From Escherichia phage ManiWeber_Bas99: DNA of 64,000 nucleotides. Under the pieces are notes generated by a model. It searched no databases and was not told the DNA's origin. It was given only the letters and a program-made list of their open reading frames with translations. Numbering within the stretch: position 1 is the stretch's first letter; every line of letters begins with the position of its first letter. The position numbers and the translations under genes are program-made. Shown piece by piece: positions 9,020-17,690 of the stretch. The stretch lies in sequence record PQ850618.1; one strand, written 5' to 3'.

Positions 9020-10159
9020 ATGACTCGCATTAGCCAAACACACTCTCGCCTCCCAGCGAGCAAGGTGCGCCCTTTTGATATGCAATCCGTGACCGACGCG
9101 GCTGTTTCCCAGCTTGCGCGTATCGGTATTGTGTTTGATTCCGCGATTGTGCGTGATCAGATTGAGCACTTAAACCGTGCAGGCGCTTTCCGCGTAGGTG
9201 ACGCCGCATTTACTGCGCCGCAGACCACGCCATCAATCCCGACCCCGCTGCAGTTCCTGCAACAGTGGCTGCCTGGCTTCGTCAAAATCATGACCGCTGC
9301 CCGTAAAATTGACGAGCTGGTTGGTATTGACACCGTTGGTCAGTGGGAAGATGCAGAAATCGTTCAGGGCATCGTTGAACCAGCTGGCACCGCAGTTGAA
9401 TATGGTGATTTCACCTCTATTCCTCTGGCAAGCTGGAACGTGAACTTTGAACGCCGTTCCATCGTTCGCGGTGAAATGGGCATGGCAGTCGGCATGCTGG
9501 AAGAAGGCCGCGCGTCTGCGATGCGTCTGAACTCTGCAGAGACCAAGCGCCAGCAGGCTGCTGTATCTCTGGAAATCATGCGTAACGCAATCGGCTTCTA
9601 TGGTTGGTATAACGGGAACAACCGCACGTTCGGCTTCCTGAATGATCCAAACCTGCCAGCGGCAATGACTTCAAACACCACTTCCGGCTGGGCTACTGCG
9701 ACCTTCCAACAGGTGACTGCAGACATCCGTTTGATGGTTCGTCAAATCCGTGTCAACTCTCAGGATCAGATTGATCCAGAGAAGGTTGATATGACTCTGG
9801 CGCTGCCGACCAACTCTATTGATTGGCTGTCAAACACCACCGACTTCGGTATTTCTGTACGTGACTGGATCACCCAGACTTATCCGAAGATGAAGATCAA
9901 ATCCGCACCGGAACTCAACGGCGCACTTGGCAGTGACCCGACTTTCCTGAATGTGGCATATCTGTACGCTGATCACATCGATTCCTCAATTGATGGCTCA
10001 AGCGATGATGGTTCCGTATTCAGTCAGCTGGTCCAGACTAAGTTTATGACTCTGGGCGTTGAGAAACGCGCTAAGAGCTACGTTGAAGACTACGCAAACG
10101 CAACAGCAGGCGTTCTGCTCAAGCGTCCTTTCGCAGTCGTCCGTATGACTGGTATCTAA
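9020..10159 (+). CDS. major capsid protein
   Basis: 379 aa; ATG at 9020 with AGGTGA SD; position after scaffold; followed by a stable hairpin as commonly seen after capsid genes. Confidence 0.55.
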   Translation: MTRISQTHSRLPASKVRPFDMQSVTDAAVSQLARIGIVFDSAIVRDQIEHLNRAGAFRVGDAAFTAPQTTPSIPTPLQFLQQWLPGFVKIMTAARKIDELVGIDTVGQWEDAEIVQGIVEPAGTAVEYGDFTSIPLASWNVNFERRSIVRGEMGMAVGMLEEGRASAMRLNSAETKRQQAAVSLEIMRNAIGFYGWYNGNNRTFGFLNDPNLPAAMTSNTTSGWATATFQQVTADIRLMVRQIRVNSQDQIDPEKVDMTLALPTNSIDWLSNTTDFGISVRDWITQTYPKMKIKSAPELNGALGSDPTFLNVAYLYADHIDSSIDGSSDDGSVFSQLVQTKFMTLGVEKRAKSYVEDYANATAGVLLKRPFAVVRMTGI

Positions 10160-10184
10160 TTGCTGTGATTACACAGTAAAACAC

Positions 10185-10214
10185 ATGGGGCGTGGTCGAA
10201 AGGCTTCGCCCCAT
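10185..10214 (+). terminator. stem-loop after capsid gene (8-bp stem ATGGGGCG/CGCCCCAT)
   Basis: Perfect 8-bp inverted repeat with a 14-nt loop; no clear U-tract, so possibly an attenuator or RNA stability element. Confidence 0.35.
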
Positions 10215-10274
10215 ATCAATAGACCTCAAGGGCTGTAGGGGCTTATCTGAGGCTTATATAAATAGGACTACAAA

Positions 10275-10739
10275 ATGCCAAAATACATCGTTTCAACTAT
10301 GTCTATGTCAGTCAACTACACTTTCTATACGGAAGTGAAAGAAAACCCGAATGCAAAAGCTGGTTCAGGCGCTCTTCCAAATATTCGCAAACAGATTCTG
10401 ATCAAGGGCGGTGCTGGTCTTACTTCGGCAACTTCCGGCTTTGGTGAAATGGCAAAAGGCGCTGATGGTGCACCTTTGTGGACTCCTGAAGGAATCGTCA
10501 CCGTTGTAAGCGATGCTGATTTTGAACATTTAAAAGATCATCACGTATTCAAGCAGCACCTTGAAAAAGGTCTGGTTAAAGTGGTTAACCACGACATCGT
10601 TGGCAATCATAAAGCTGTCGCTAAAGAAGTGCGCGGCATGTCAGATGACCCGTTCGCGCCTATGACGCGTGAGACGGCTGACAAGCGCATCAAGGTTAAA
10701 TTGAGCGGCGAACAAGAAGATGATTTGTTCCGCGTTTAA
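10275..10739 (+). CDS. hypothetical head/virion protein
   Basis: 154 aa ORF in the structural operon. Confidence 0.5.
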   Translation: MPKYIVSTMSMSVNYTFYTEVKENPNAKAGSGALPNIRKQILIKGGAGLTSATSGFGEMAKGADGAPLWTPEGIVTVVSDADFEHLKDHHVFKQHLEKGLVKVVNHDIVGNHKAVAKEVRGMSDDPFAPMTRETADKRIKVKLSGEQEDDLFRV

Positions 10740-10753
10740 ATAAGGTGAATGCC

Positions 10754-11209
10754 ATGTCATTAGATTACGAAAAGTTCAGAATAAAATTTCCACAGTTTGC
10801 TGATCAGGTAAAATTCCATGATACAACGCTTCAAGTATTCTATGACATGGCATGTGAATTTATTGAATCACAAGACAGTCCTTGTCGTGTTTTAAATGGC
10901 AGTAAATTGGAGCTGGCATTGGAATATATGACGGCTCATCTTTTATGCATAGCCACAGACCAACAGGTGTCTGTGTCTTCTGGTGACGGAGTTGAACAAG
11001 GCGGCTTCGTGACTGGCGCAACAATTGGTGACATCACAGTAAACAAAGTCGCGCCGCCTGCGAGTGATGGCTGGGAATACTGGCTATCAAGCACTCCATA
11101 TGGAATGGCGCTGTGGGCGCTTCTTCAAGCACTGGCCGTTGGCGGCTTGTCATTCGGCGGTCTTCCAGAGCGTGAAGGATTCCGTAAAATTGGTGGGGTA
11201 TTCTGGTGA
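10754..11209 (+). CDS. hypothetical head-tail connector region protein
   Basis: ATG at 10754 preceded by AAGGTGA; structural operon. Confidence 0.5.
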   Translation: MSLDYEKFRIKFPQFADQVKFHDTTLQVFYDMACEFIESQDSPCRVLNGSKLELALEYMTAHLLCIATDQQVSVSSGDGVEQGGFVTGATIGDITVNKVAPPASDGWEYWLSSTPYGMALWALLQALAVGGLSFGGLPEREGFRKIGGVFW

Positions 11210-11592
11210 GGATTCCTGGCGTAAACTTATATCGAGTGGCGACAAAGGTTATCGGTCGCCAACCGATTCAATATTACATGTACAAGGGGCGCACCCTTGA
11301 TAAGATGCGCAACTATGTCACTACATATGAAAAACCAATCACCTTGCTTGCTTCGGTGCAGGCTGTACTTCGAAACCAATACGTTGAGCTTGGTTTAGAG
11401 CTTCAAAAGAACTATGTTAAAATCTGGGTGGACAAAGACGTTGTTGACCTTGACCGCGACGCTTCCGGCGACTATTTTGTGTTTGGTGGCAAAACGTACA
11501 AGATGGAAGATGAAACGACATGGTTTGACCAAGATGGTTGGACGACTTGCCTTGCCGTGGAAGTAAAACAAAGCTTTCCAGTGTCTACTTGA
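11206..11592 (+). CDS. hypothetical structural protein
   Basis: GTG start overlapping the upstream stop (GTGA); 128 aa. Confidence 0.45.
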   Translation: MRIPGVNLYRVATKVIGRQPIQYYMYKGRTLDKMRNYVTTYEKPITLLASVQAVLRNQYVELGLELQKNYVKIWVDKDVVDLDRDASGDYFVFGGKTYKMEDETTWFDQDGWTTCLAVEVKQSFPVST

Positions 11593-11599
11593 GGTGTAT

Positions 11600-12175
11600 A
11601 TGACAGATGTCGACCTGATTGACATGCTGGCAACGCGAATTGAAGAAGGTCTGGCGACGTATAGTCGTGCAGACCTTTCTGCTGTTCCAGTCCAGAAAAA
11701 ATACCAACCGACTCAACAGGGCATTCCGACTGGTGATCAGATTTGGTTTAACCTTTTATTCTCAGTCCCATTCGGTTGGTCAATGAGAAAGAATGAATTT
11801 GTCAATGATGAATCTCAATTTGTTAATGGCAAATTTAAAGATATTGAAGATCAGATATACGCAACACGTTTTCAAATTAGCGGCTTATTTCCAGAAGTTC
11901 CTGGCAATCCAGAAAAGCCTACGGCTAATGACGTTTTGACTTATTTAGCAAGATTCATAACCCACAAGGCTAATTTGAGGGATTGGTTTAAAAGGCATCA
12001 AGCTTCAGTATATAGAGTCGACATGAACAACAATGAAAAGTTCTATGACGACATGTCTCAGTTTGAATCGTTTCCTTCTTTTGATTTGGTGATCCTTCAC
12101 AGAAACGCAATTTCAATTGACACGCCTGCTGTTGCAAGAGCTGTTAATAACGATTTGGGCGATATTCCGGTGTGA
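11600..12175 (+). CDS. hypothetical structural protein
   Basis: ATG at 11600 preceded by GAGG; 191 aa. Confidence 0.5.
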   Translation: MTDVDLIDMLATRIEEGLATYSRADLSAVPVQKKYQPTQQGIPTGDQIWFNLLFSVPFGWSMRKNEFVNDESQFVNGKFKDIEDQIYATRFQISGLFPEVPGNPEKPTANDVLTYLARFITHKANLRDWFKRHQASVYRVDMNNNEKFYDDMSQFESFPSFDLVILHRNAISIDTPAVARAVNNDLGDIPV

Positions 12176-12176
12176 T

Positions 12177-12662
12177 ATGACAAAATCAAAAATGATAGAG
12201 AAACAGATAAAGGCGCTTCAATCAATGAAGGGTCTTACTGTTGAGGCAGGATGGTTTGACTCTACCAGATACCCTTCAGAAACTGGTGGAGAAGGTATTC
12301 TGGTGTCAGAAGTTGCGCGGCTTAATGAATTTGGTCACATAGCCGTTTTGAACTTTGGACAAGGACCAGTCAGGGTAGAAGTGCCACCCAGACCATTCAT
12401 GAGATACGCCTATGAATTATTCGTTAGTGAGCGCAGTGAAATAGAGAATAAAATTGCTAAAAAAATTTTTTCCGGTAAAATAGACGCTAGACAGGCATTG
12501 GGTCAAATTGGGCTTGCGATGGAAGCAAAGATTGTCGAATCAATTAAAAACGGACCGTGGCAGCCAAACGCCAGATATACTGTACGTGTGAAGGGATTCG
12601 ACAAACCTTTGATTCACACCAGCCTCATGTGGCAATCTGTCAGCAGCCAAGTCATTAAATAA
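12177..12662 (+). CDS. hypothetical head-tail joining / tail completion protein
   Basis: ATG at 12177 directly after the upstream stop; 161 aa. Confidence 0.45.
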   Translation: MTKSKMIEKQIKALQSMKGLTVEAGWFDSTRYPSETGGEGILVSEVARLNEFGHIAVLNFGQGPVRVEVPPRPFMRYAYELFVSERSEIENKIAKKIFSGKIDARQALGQIGLAMEAKIVESIKNGPWQPNARYTVRVKGFDKPLIHTSLMWQSVSSQVIK

Positions 12663-12674
12663 GAGGACACCGAC

Positions 12675-14213
12675 GTGATCAGTCAATCTCGTTATATTAA
12701 AATTGTATCAGGGGTCGGAGCAGGCGCGGCTGTTGCAGTTCGCAAACTGTCGCTTCGCGTCATGACTTCTAATACAGTTCTGCCGCCGGGCATTGTAGCA
12801 GAATTTTCAACGGCTGATGCTGTTGGATCATATTTCGGTTATTCTTCCGAAGAATATAAGCGCGCAGCATTATATTTTGGATTCATCAGCAAGCAAATCA
12901 ACTCGCCTGATTCAATCAGCTTCTCGCGTATTGTTTCAACTGCGATTCCAGCAATGGTCATCGGTGATACTGAGCCTAAAGTGCTTGCTACGTTTCAAGC
13001 ATTCACTGGCGCTATTTTAAGCATCACTTATGATGGCACAGACTACCTGACTGACGCAATTAACCTTTCAGCGGCAACAAGTCTGGCGAATGTGGCTGAA
13101 CTTCTGGAAACGGCAATCAATACTAAATTTGCAGCAGAAGGTGGCACGTCGGTGCCTGCACTTGCTGATGCAGAAGTGTATTGGAACGCTAATACTCAGC
13201 AGTTCACGCTGGAAGCAGCGCCGTCGACCGCTGGCGCAGGCAACCTGTCTATCAACGTCACAGGCCAACCGACCGACCCGTCTCAAGCATTGGGTTGGAC
13301 CACCACTGGCACCGTAACCGTTGCAGGCCAGGGCGTTTCAAGTCCGGTAGAAGCAATCGCAGCATCTGTGGAAATCTCCAACAACTTCGGCTCATTCCTT
13401 TTTGCTGGGGCTGACCGAACTCTGGAAGAAATTACCGCTGTGGCAGCGTGGAATCATTCGCAGAATAATATGTACATGTATTTATTCTCGACTTCGTTCG
13501 CTAATATCGGGTCATACTACACCGCTCTGAAAGGGTACTCAGGCGTTGGCATGATGATTCGCGCCACTAACCTTGCAAACGATTACATCGACCAAGCGCC
13601 TGCTGAAATCCTCGCGGCGACGAACTATAATACTGTGAATGCGACTCAAAACTACATGTATTATCAGTTTGATACTCGCAACGTGACTGTTTCAACTGAC
13701 TCTCGCGCAGATACTGCTGATCAAAACCGTGCTAACTACATCGGTGCAACTCAGCAGGCCGGACAAACCTTGGCATTCTTCCAGCGCGGCGTATTGATGG
13801 GCGGGTCTACCGCAGCAGTTGACATGAATACTTATGCCAACGAGATGTGGCTTAAATCTGCTATCACTTCTCAGCTGTTCAGCATGTTCTTGAATCTTGG
13901 TCGCGTGCCTGCAAACGAAGAAGGTAAAGCTACTGTACAAGCCATGATTCAAGTTGCTGTTGACAATGCGAAGGTTAACGGCACCATCTCTGTTGGCAAG
14001 GCGCTGACTGAGATTCAGAAACAATACATCACGCAAACTTCCGGTGACAACACTGCTTGGCGGCAGGTTGAAACTATCGGTTACTGGCTGACTGTAGATT
14101 TTGATACTGAAACCACTTCCGATGGGCGCACCGAATACTATGCAACATACACGCTAATCTACTCTAAAGATGATGCTGTGCGTCGCGTTGAAGGTCGTGA
14201 CGTCCTTATCTAA
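12675..14213 (+). CDS. major tail protein, sheath-like
   Basis: 512 aa; GTG start with AAGAGGA SD; placed before tube-like genes and the tape measure; sheath assignment inferred from size and synteny only. Confidence 0.4.
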   Translation: MISQSRYIKIVSGVGAGAAVAVRKLSLRVMTSNTVLPPGIVAEFSTADAVGSYFGYSSEEYKRAALYFGFISKQINSPDSISFSRIVSTAIPAMVIGDTEPKVLATFQAFTGAILSITYDGTDYLTDAINLSAATSLANVAELLETAINTKFAAEGGTSVPALADAEVYWNANTQQFTLEAAPSTAGAGNLSINVTGQPTDPSQALGWTTTGTVTVAGQGVSSPVEAIAASVEISNNFGSFLFAGADRTLEEITAVAAWNHSQNNMYMYLFSTSFANIGSYYTALKGYSGVGMMIRATNLANDYIDQAPAEILAATNYNTVNATQNYMYYQFDTRNVTVSTDSRADTADQNRANYIGATQQAGQTLAFFQRGVLMGGSTAAVDMNTYANEMWLKSAITSQLFSMFLNLGRVPANEEGKATVQAMIQVAVDNAKVNGTISVGKALTEIQKQYITQTSGDNTAWRQVETIGYWLTVDFDTETTSDGRTEYYATYTLIYSKDDAVRRVEGRDVLI

Positions 14214-14260
14214 ATAATTGCCGCCGTAACTGGCGGCCATCTCTCTGAGAGGAATCTGTA

Positions 14261-14728
14261 ATGATTAACGTTTCCGGTTTTGGCGCTTCGATTCGTTTAG
14301 TGGCATCAAACACTTTTCCAAATGGTGTAACTCTTTCTGATTTCGCAGATGATGCTGATCCGATTGACGCGCCTGATCTTCAAATCTCTGAAGCGGCAAT
14401 GGGATTGAACGGTGACTTGGTAGTCTGGAACCGTGCCAACCCTCTTGAAGTAGGCGTCAACATCATCCCTACTTCTGAAAGCGATGTAAACTTAGATGTT
14501 CTGGCAGCGGCTAACCGTGTAGGCAAGCGCAAGAACTCTGCGAAAGACGTGATCACCCTTATTCTGACCTACCCTTCTGGCATGGTCATCACACTGAATA
14601 AGGGAACTTTGACGACTGGTTCAGTGATTCCTGGCATCCAGTCTCAGGGTCGTGTAAAAACACGTCAATATCGCTTTAAGTTTGAGAACGTAGTCAAAAC
14701 TGGCGTGAGCAACCAAGAGATTTTATAA
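14261..14728 (+). CDS. tail tube-like protein (paralog 1)
   Basis: 155 aa; N-terminus MINVSGFGASIRLVA... parallels the 15679 gene; position after the sheath-like gene. Confidence 0.45.
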   Translation: MINVSGFGASIRLVASNTFPNGVTLSDFADDADPIDAPDLQISEAAMGLNGDLVVWNRANPLEVGVNIIPTSESDVNLDVLAAANRVGKRKNSAKDVITLILTYPSGMVITLNKGTLTTGSVIPGIQSQGRVKTRQYRFKFENVVKTGVSNQEIL

Positions 14729-15057
14729 TGTATCAAATACCACTTGACAGCGTACCTAACCAGAATATCAGCTTTAACGTTGACGGTGCTTATTGGCAGC
14801 TGCACATATTCGCCGCAATTGAGCACATGTGCGCAGATGTTTACCGCAATGGCGAATTGTTGATTCAGGGGGTACGTTGTTTTGGTGGTATACCAATGGT
14901 GCCTTATAAATATCTCATGATTGGGTACGGCAACTTTATTTTTGACAGCGTACCCGATTATGAGCATTTTAACTCTGGCGGCTGTAATTTATATTACATG
15001 TCAGAATCTGAGTTGGCTGAATTCCAGAAAACTGCTGAAGCGGAGTTTGCAATTTGA
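14728..15057 (+). CDS. hypothetical tail protein
   Basis: ATG overlapping the upstream stop (TAATG). Confidence 0.45.
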   Translation: MYQIPLDSVPNQNISFNVDGAYWQLHIFAAIEHMCADVYRNGELLIQGVRCFGGIPMVPYKYLMIGYGNFIFDSVPDYEHFNSGGCNLYYMSESELAEFQKTAEAEFAI

Positions 15058-15410
15058 CAACTCTAACGATTGAAGTTAATGATAACAATGACCTGTTTCT
15101 GCCTGATGGAAGAAATTTGAATATTCTGTCAGGAGAAAAGGCCATGGTACAAGTTATCAAGGCGGCGCATCAAATGCGACTTGGTGAAGACTTGTACGAT
15201 GTTGAAAACGGAGTCGATTATTTAGGCACTGTTTTCAAATCGCCCGTTGATGAAGACGGTGCGAGAAAGTCGATTGCAGATGCTATTCTGAAGAAAGCAG
15301 ACGTTGCCGGAATCGACTCATTGACTGTCACCATCCAAAACGGTATTCTTGGATTCACCGCTGAAGTGGTGACTATTTATGGCGAACGTATAAAGGTGAG
15401 TAATCAATAA
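15054..15410 (+). CDS. hypothetical tail protein
   Basis: TTG start overlapping the upstream stop; 118 aa. Confidence 0.4.
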   Translation: MTTLTIEVNDNNDLFLPDGRNLNILSGEKAMVQVIKAAHQMRLGEDLYDVENGVDYLGTVFKSPVDEDGARKSIADAILKKADVAGIDSLTVTIQNGILGFTAEVVTIYGERIKVSNQ

Positions 15411-15676
15411 TGGCACAAGTAATTCATTTTGCTAATGGCGTCATGAAATTTGGCGAAAAATTTGAAGACGCATCGGAATTATTCAAAAAGACTTCAAACC
15501 CTGTTGCGGAGAAGAAAGAACAGGTTGAAGAGAAGGCAGTAGAATCGAAAGTTGATTTCGATTCAATGAGCGTCTCTGAATTGAAGGCTTATGCAAAGGA
15601 ACATGAGATTGACATCAAGGGTCTTTCTTATAAGGATGAAATTCTTGCTGCAGTTAAATCTGCATCTGCGGAGTAA
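15410..15676 (+). CDS. hypothetical protein, Lys/Glu-rich
   Basis: 88 aa ORF, overlapping start/stop with neighbours. Confidence 0.4.
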   Translation: MAQVIHFANGVMKFGEKFEDASELFKKTSNPVAEKKEQVEEKAVESKVDFDSMSVSELKAYAKEHEIDIKGLSYKDEILAAVKSASAE

Positions 15677-15678
15677 AC

Positions 15679-16176
15679 ATGGTCAATATTAGTGGATTTG
15701 GCACAAGCATTAGAATTGTCGCTCTTCAATCTTTTCCTGTTGGGCTGAATATCAGTTCTTTTTCTGATGACCAGGATTCGCTAATTATTGAGGAAGTTGA
15801 ATCAGTAGGTTATCAACTTACTTACGACGGCAGCATTTGCATATACGACAAAGCCGCCGTCGTTCGCGTATCCATTGCGGTCATTCCAAACACTGAAGAT
15901 GACATAAATCTTAAGCTTTTATTATCTGCCCGTAAAGGTGGATTCAAGTGGTTGCCAATTCAGGATGTGACATCAATGCTTATTACATATCCTGACGGTG
16001 GAAGGGTGGCATTCTCTAACGGAACAATAATCAGCGGTCCGCTTGGTGACTCCATAGAGCAATCAGGCCGTCGCAAGACAAACCGATACACATTTGTGTT
16101 TGCCAGCTACGGCGGCGCGCAGAGCACGTCTCAAATTGCCAAGGGCGTGGTGCAGAGCATATTGGGGTCCATTTAA
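15679..16176 (+). CDS. tail tube-like protein (paralog 2)
   Basis: 165 aa; N-terminus MVNISGFGTSIRIVALQSFP... and C-terminal KTxRYxF match the 14261 gene. Confidence 0.45.
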   Translation: MVNISGFGTSIRIVALQSFPVGLNISSFSDDQDSLIIEEVESVGYQLTYDGSICIYDKAAVVRVSIAVIPNTEDDINLKLLLSARKGGFKWLPIQDVTSMLITYPDGGRVAFSNGTIISGPLGDSIEQSGRRKTNRYTFVFASYGGAQSTSQIAKGVVQSILGSI

Positions 16177-16709
16177 TGGCTATCGATTTACTGTCATATA
16201 GTCTATCAAACAGAAGCTTCACGATAAAGAGCTTCAACCTTGGAGAAGTATCCACGCTTGGATGGGCCATAGTCAACGTCAAAATAAGACTCCAAGCGAA
16301 GATATTCAAAAACCAAAGGGAAGACGGCAGCTATATTGTCGATGGCAGAGTAAAGATGCCGCGAATACTCACTGTCACCGTGATAGCGCAAACGAAAAGT
16401 GCATCAGATGCAATAGCTAAAATGCTGCAAAACAGGTCGACTATATACACAATTAATTCCCGTGGTCTAATATTCGAACGTATGGTGCTGCAAAATAACA
16501 ACTTCAGCCAGGACGCTGACAATATAACGTCTCAGCCCATACAATTGGTCTTCCATGAGATATTAACACAGCAGGATGTGTCTATTCAAACAGCGCAGGC
16601 AGGCGACTCAACAGTAATAGAGCGCGGCATTGCATACATAAAAGAAACTTCTGCCAGCGTCACTGGCGTCGCTACAAAGGTGATGAATGGTATCAAGGGG
16701 ATGTTCTGA
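16176..16709 (+). CDS. hypothetical tail protein
   Basis: 177 aa ORF. Confidence 0.45.
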   Translation: MAIDLLSYSLSNRSFTIKSFNLGEVSTLGWAIVNVKIRLQAKIFKNQREDGSYIVDGRVKMPRILTVTVIAQTKSASDAIAKMLQNRSTIYTINSRGLIFERMVLQNNNFSQDADNITSQPIQLVFHEILTQQDVSIQTAQAGDSTVIERGIAYIKETSASVTGVATKVMNGIKGMF

Positions 16710-17269
16710 TGGACTTCGTTTCGATTCTGCTTTCTGGTCAATCTTTGACCATAACGAATGAGTCAACAGGTCTTCCTGTCTGGACAAGGCTTTCACCTGT
16801 TTCTGCAGAAATAACATCCCCAGCAGAAACAACTCAATTCCCTCTTGCTGGTACAGCCATGCAGGTTGTCGAAGTATCAAGCACGTCATCAGTAAGCAAT
16901 TTACAGGCGGCAAAGGTTGTAATGCCAGCCCATATGGCGTTAAACGTAATTTGCAATGACCAGTCTACAATTGAAAATATCATAAATTCATTTGATGATG
17001 ACGAAGTCACATTTTCAATAACTTCACGAAGCATCATTGCCAGTAAAATGTCGATGTCCGACGTTGAAATAACCCAGTCAGAAGAAAACTTGAATGGAGT
17101 CTCAATAGTAATAACCTTCGAGCAAACGTCATTTAGCATTCAAGGAAGCTTCGACCCTAAACAATCTGCAGACGAATCATCAAATGGTGTTGCTATTAAA
17201 GAACCAGTCAGTTTGACTACAACTGTGAGTTCGTTATATAATAAAATAAAATCAACAGTAGGAATATAA
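16709..17269 (+). CDS. hypothetical tail protein
   Basis: 186 aa, Ser/Thr-rich; start overlaps the upstream stop (TGATG). Confidence 0.45.
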   Translation: MDFVSILLSGQSLTITNESTGLPVWTRLSPVSAEITSPAETTQFPLAGTAMQVVEVSSTSSVSNLQAAKVVMPAHMALNVICNDQSTIENIINSFDDDEVTFSITSRSIIASKMSMSDVEITQSEENLNGVSIVITFEQTSFSIQGSFDPKQSADESSNGVAIKEPVSLTTTVSSLYNKIKSTVGI

Positions 17270-17270
17270 A

Positions 17271-17687
17271 ATGAAGATCACCAACAAACAAACTGGTCGT
17301 ACAGTAGAAATTAAAATCAGCAAAATGACTGCGATGGAAGGCTGGAATATTCAGCGTCGCTTTGTCGAATTTGCAATGTCGAAAGACCCTGCTTTTCGTT
17401 CAGAGTATACGATGGAAGTGTTGAGCTTCGCAAAAGTCGAGCTTGATGTGGGCCAAGAAATCCCATTAAGTACTGGTGCACTAATTGACAACCATCTTGG
17501 TGACTGGGAAAACCTTAAAGAAGTCTTCGAAGCAGTCCTCATGGAGAACGGTATAAACCCAGATACTCACGCCGAGCGTGAAGGCTACTGGGAACAAGCT
17601 GGCGGCGAAATGGCTGCAGCATTCATCGGCGAATCGATGCGATTAATCGCGCCATTCCTCAGCGGCGAGACTCCAAACAAGGGGTAA
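17271..17687 (+). CDS. tail assembly chaperone candidate
   Basis: 138 aa acidic protein directly upstream of the tape measure gene; positional inference. Confidence 0.4.
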   Translation: MKITNKQTGRTVEIKISKMTAMEGWNIQRRFVEFAMSKDPAFRSEYTMEVLSFAKVELDVGQEIPLSTGALIDNHLGDWENLKEVFEAVLMENGINPDTHAEREGYWEQAGGEMAAAFIGESMRLIAPFLSGETPNKG

Positions 17688-17690
17688 ACT

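Noticed and set aside
16709-17690. Programmed -1 frameshift in tail assembly chaperone genes upstream of the tape measure
   Set aside because: No overlapping extended reading frame or slippery heptamer found at the end of 16709..17269 or 17271..17687; the genes appear simply adjacent.
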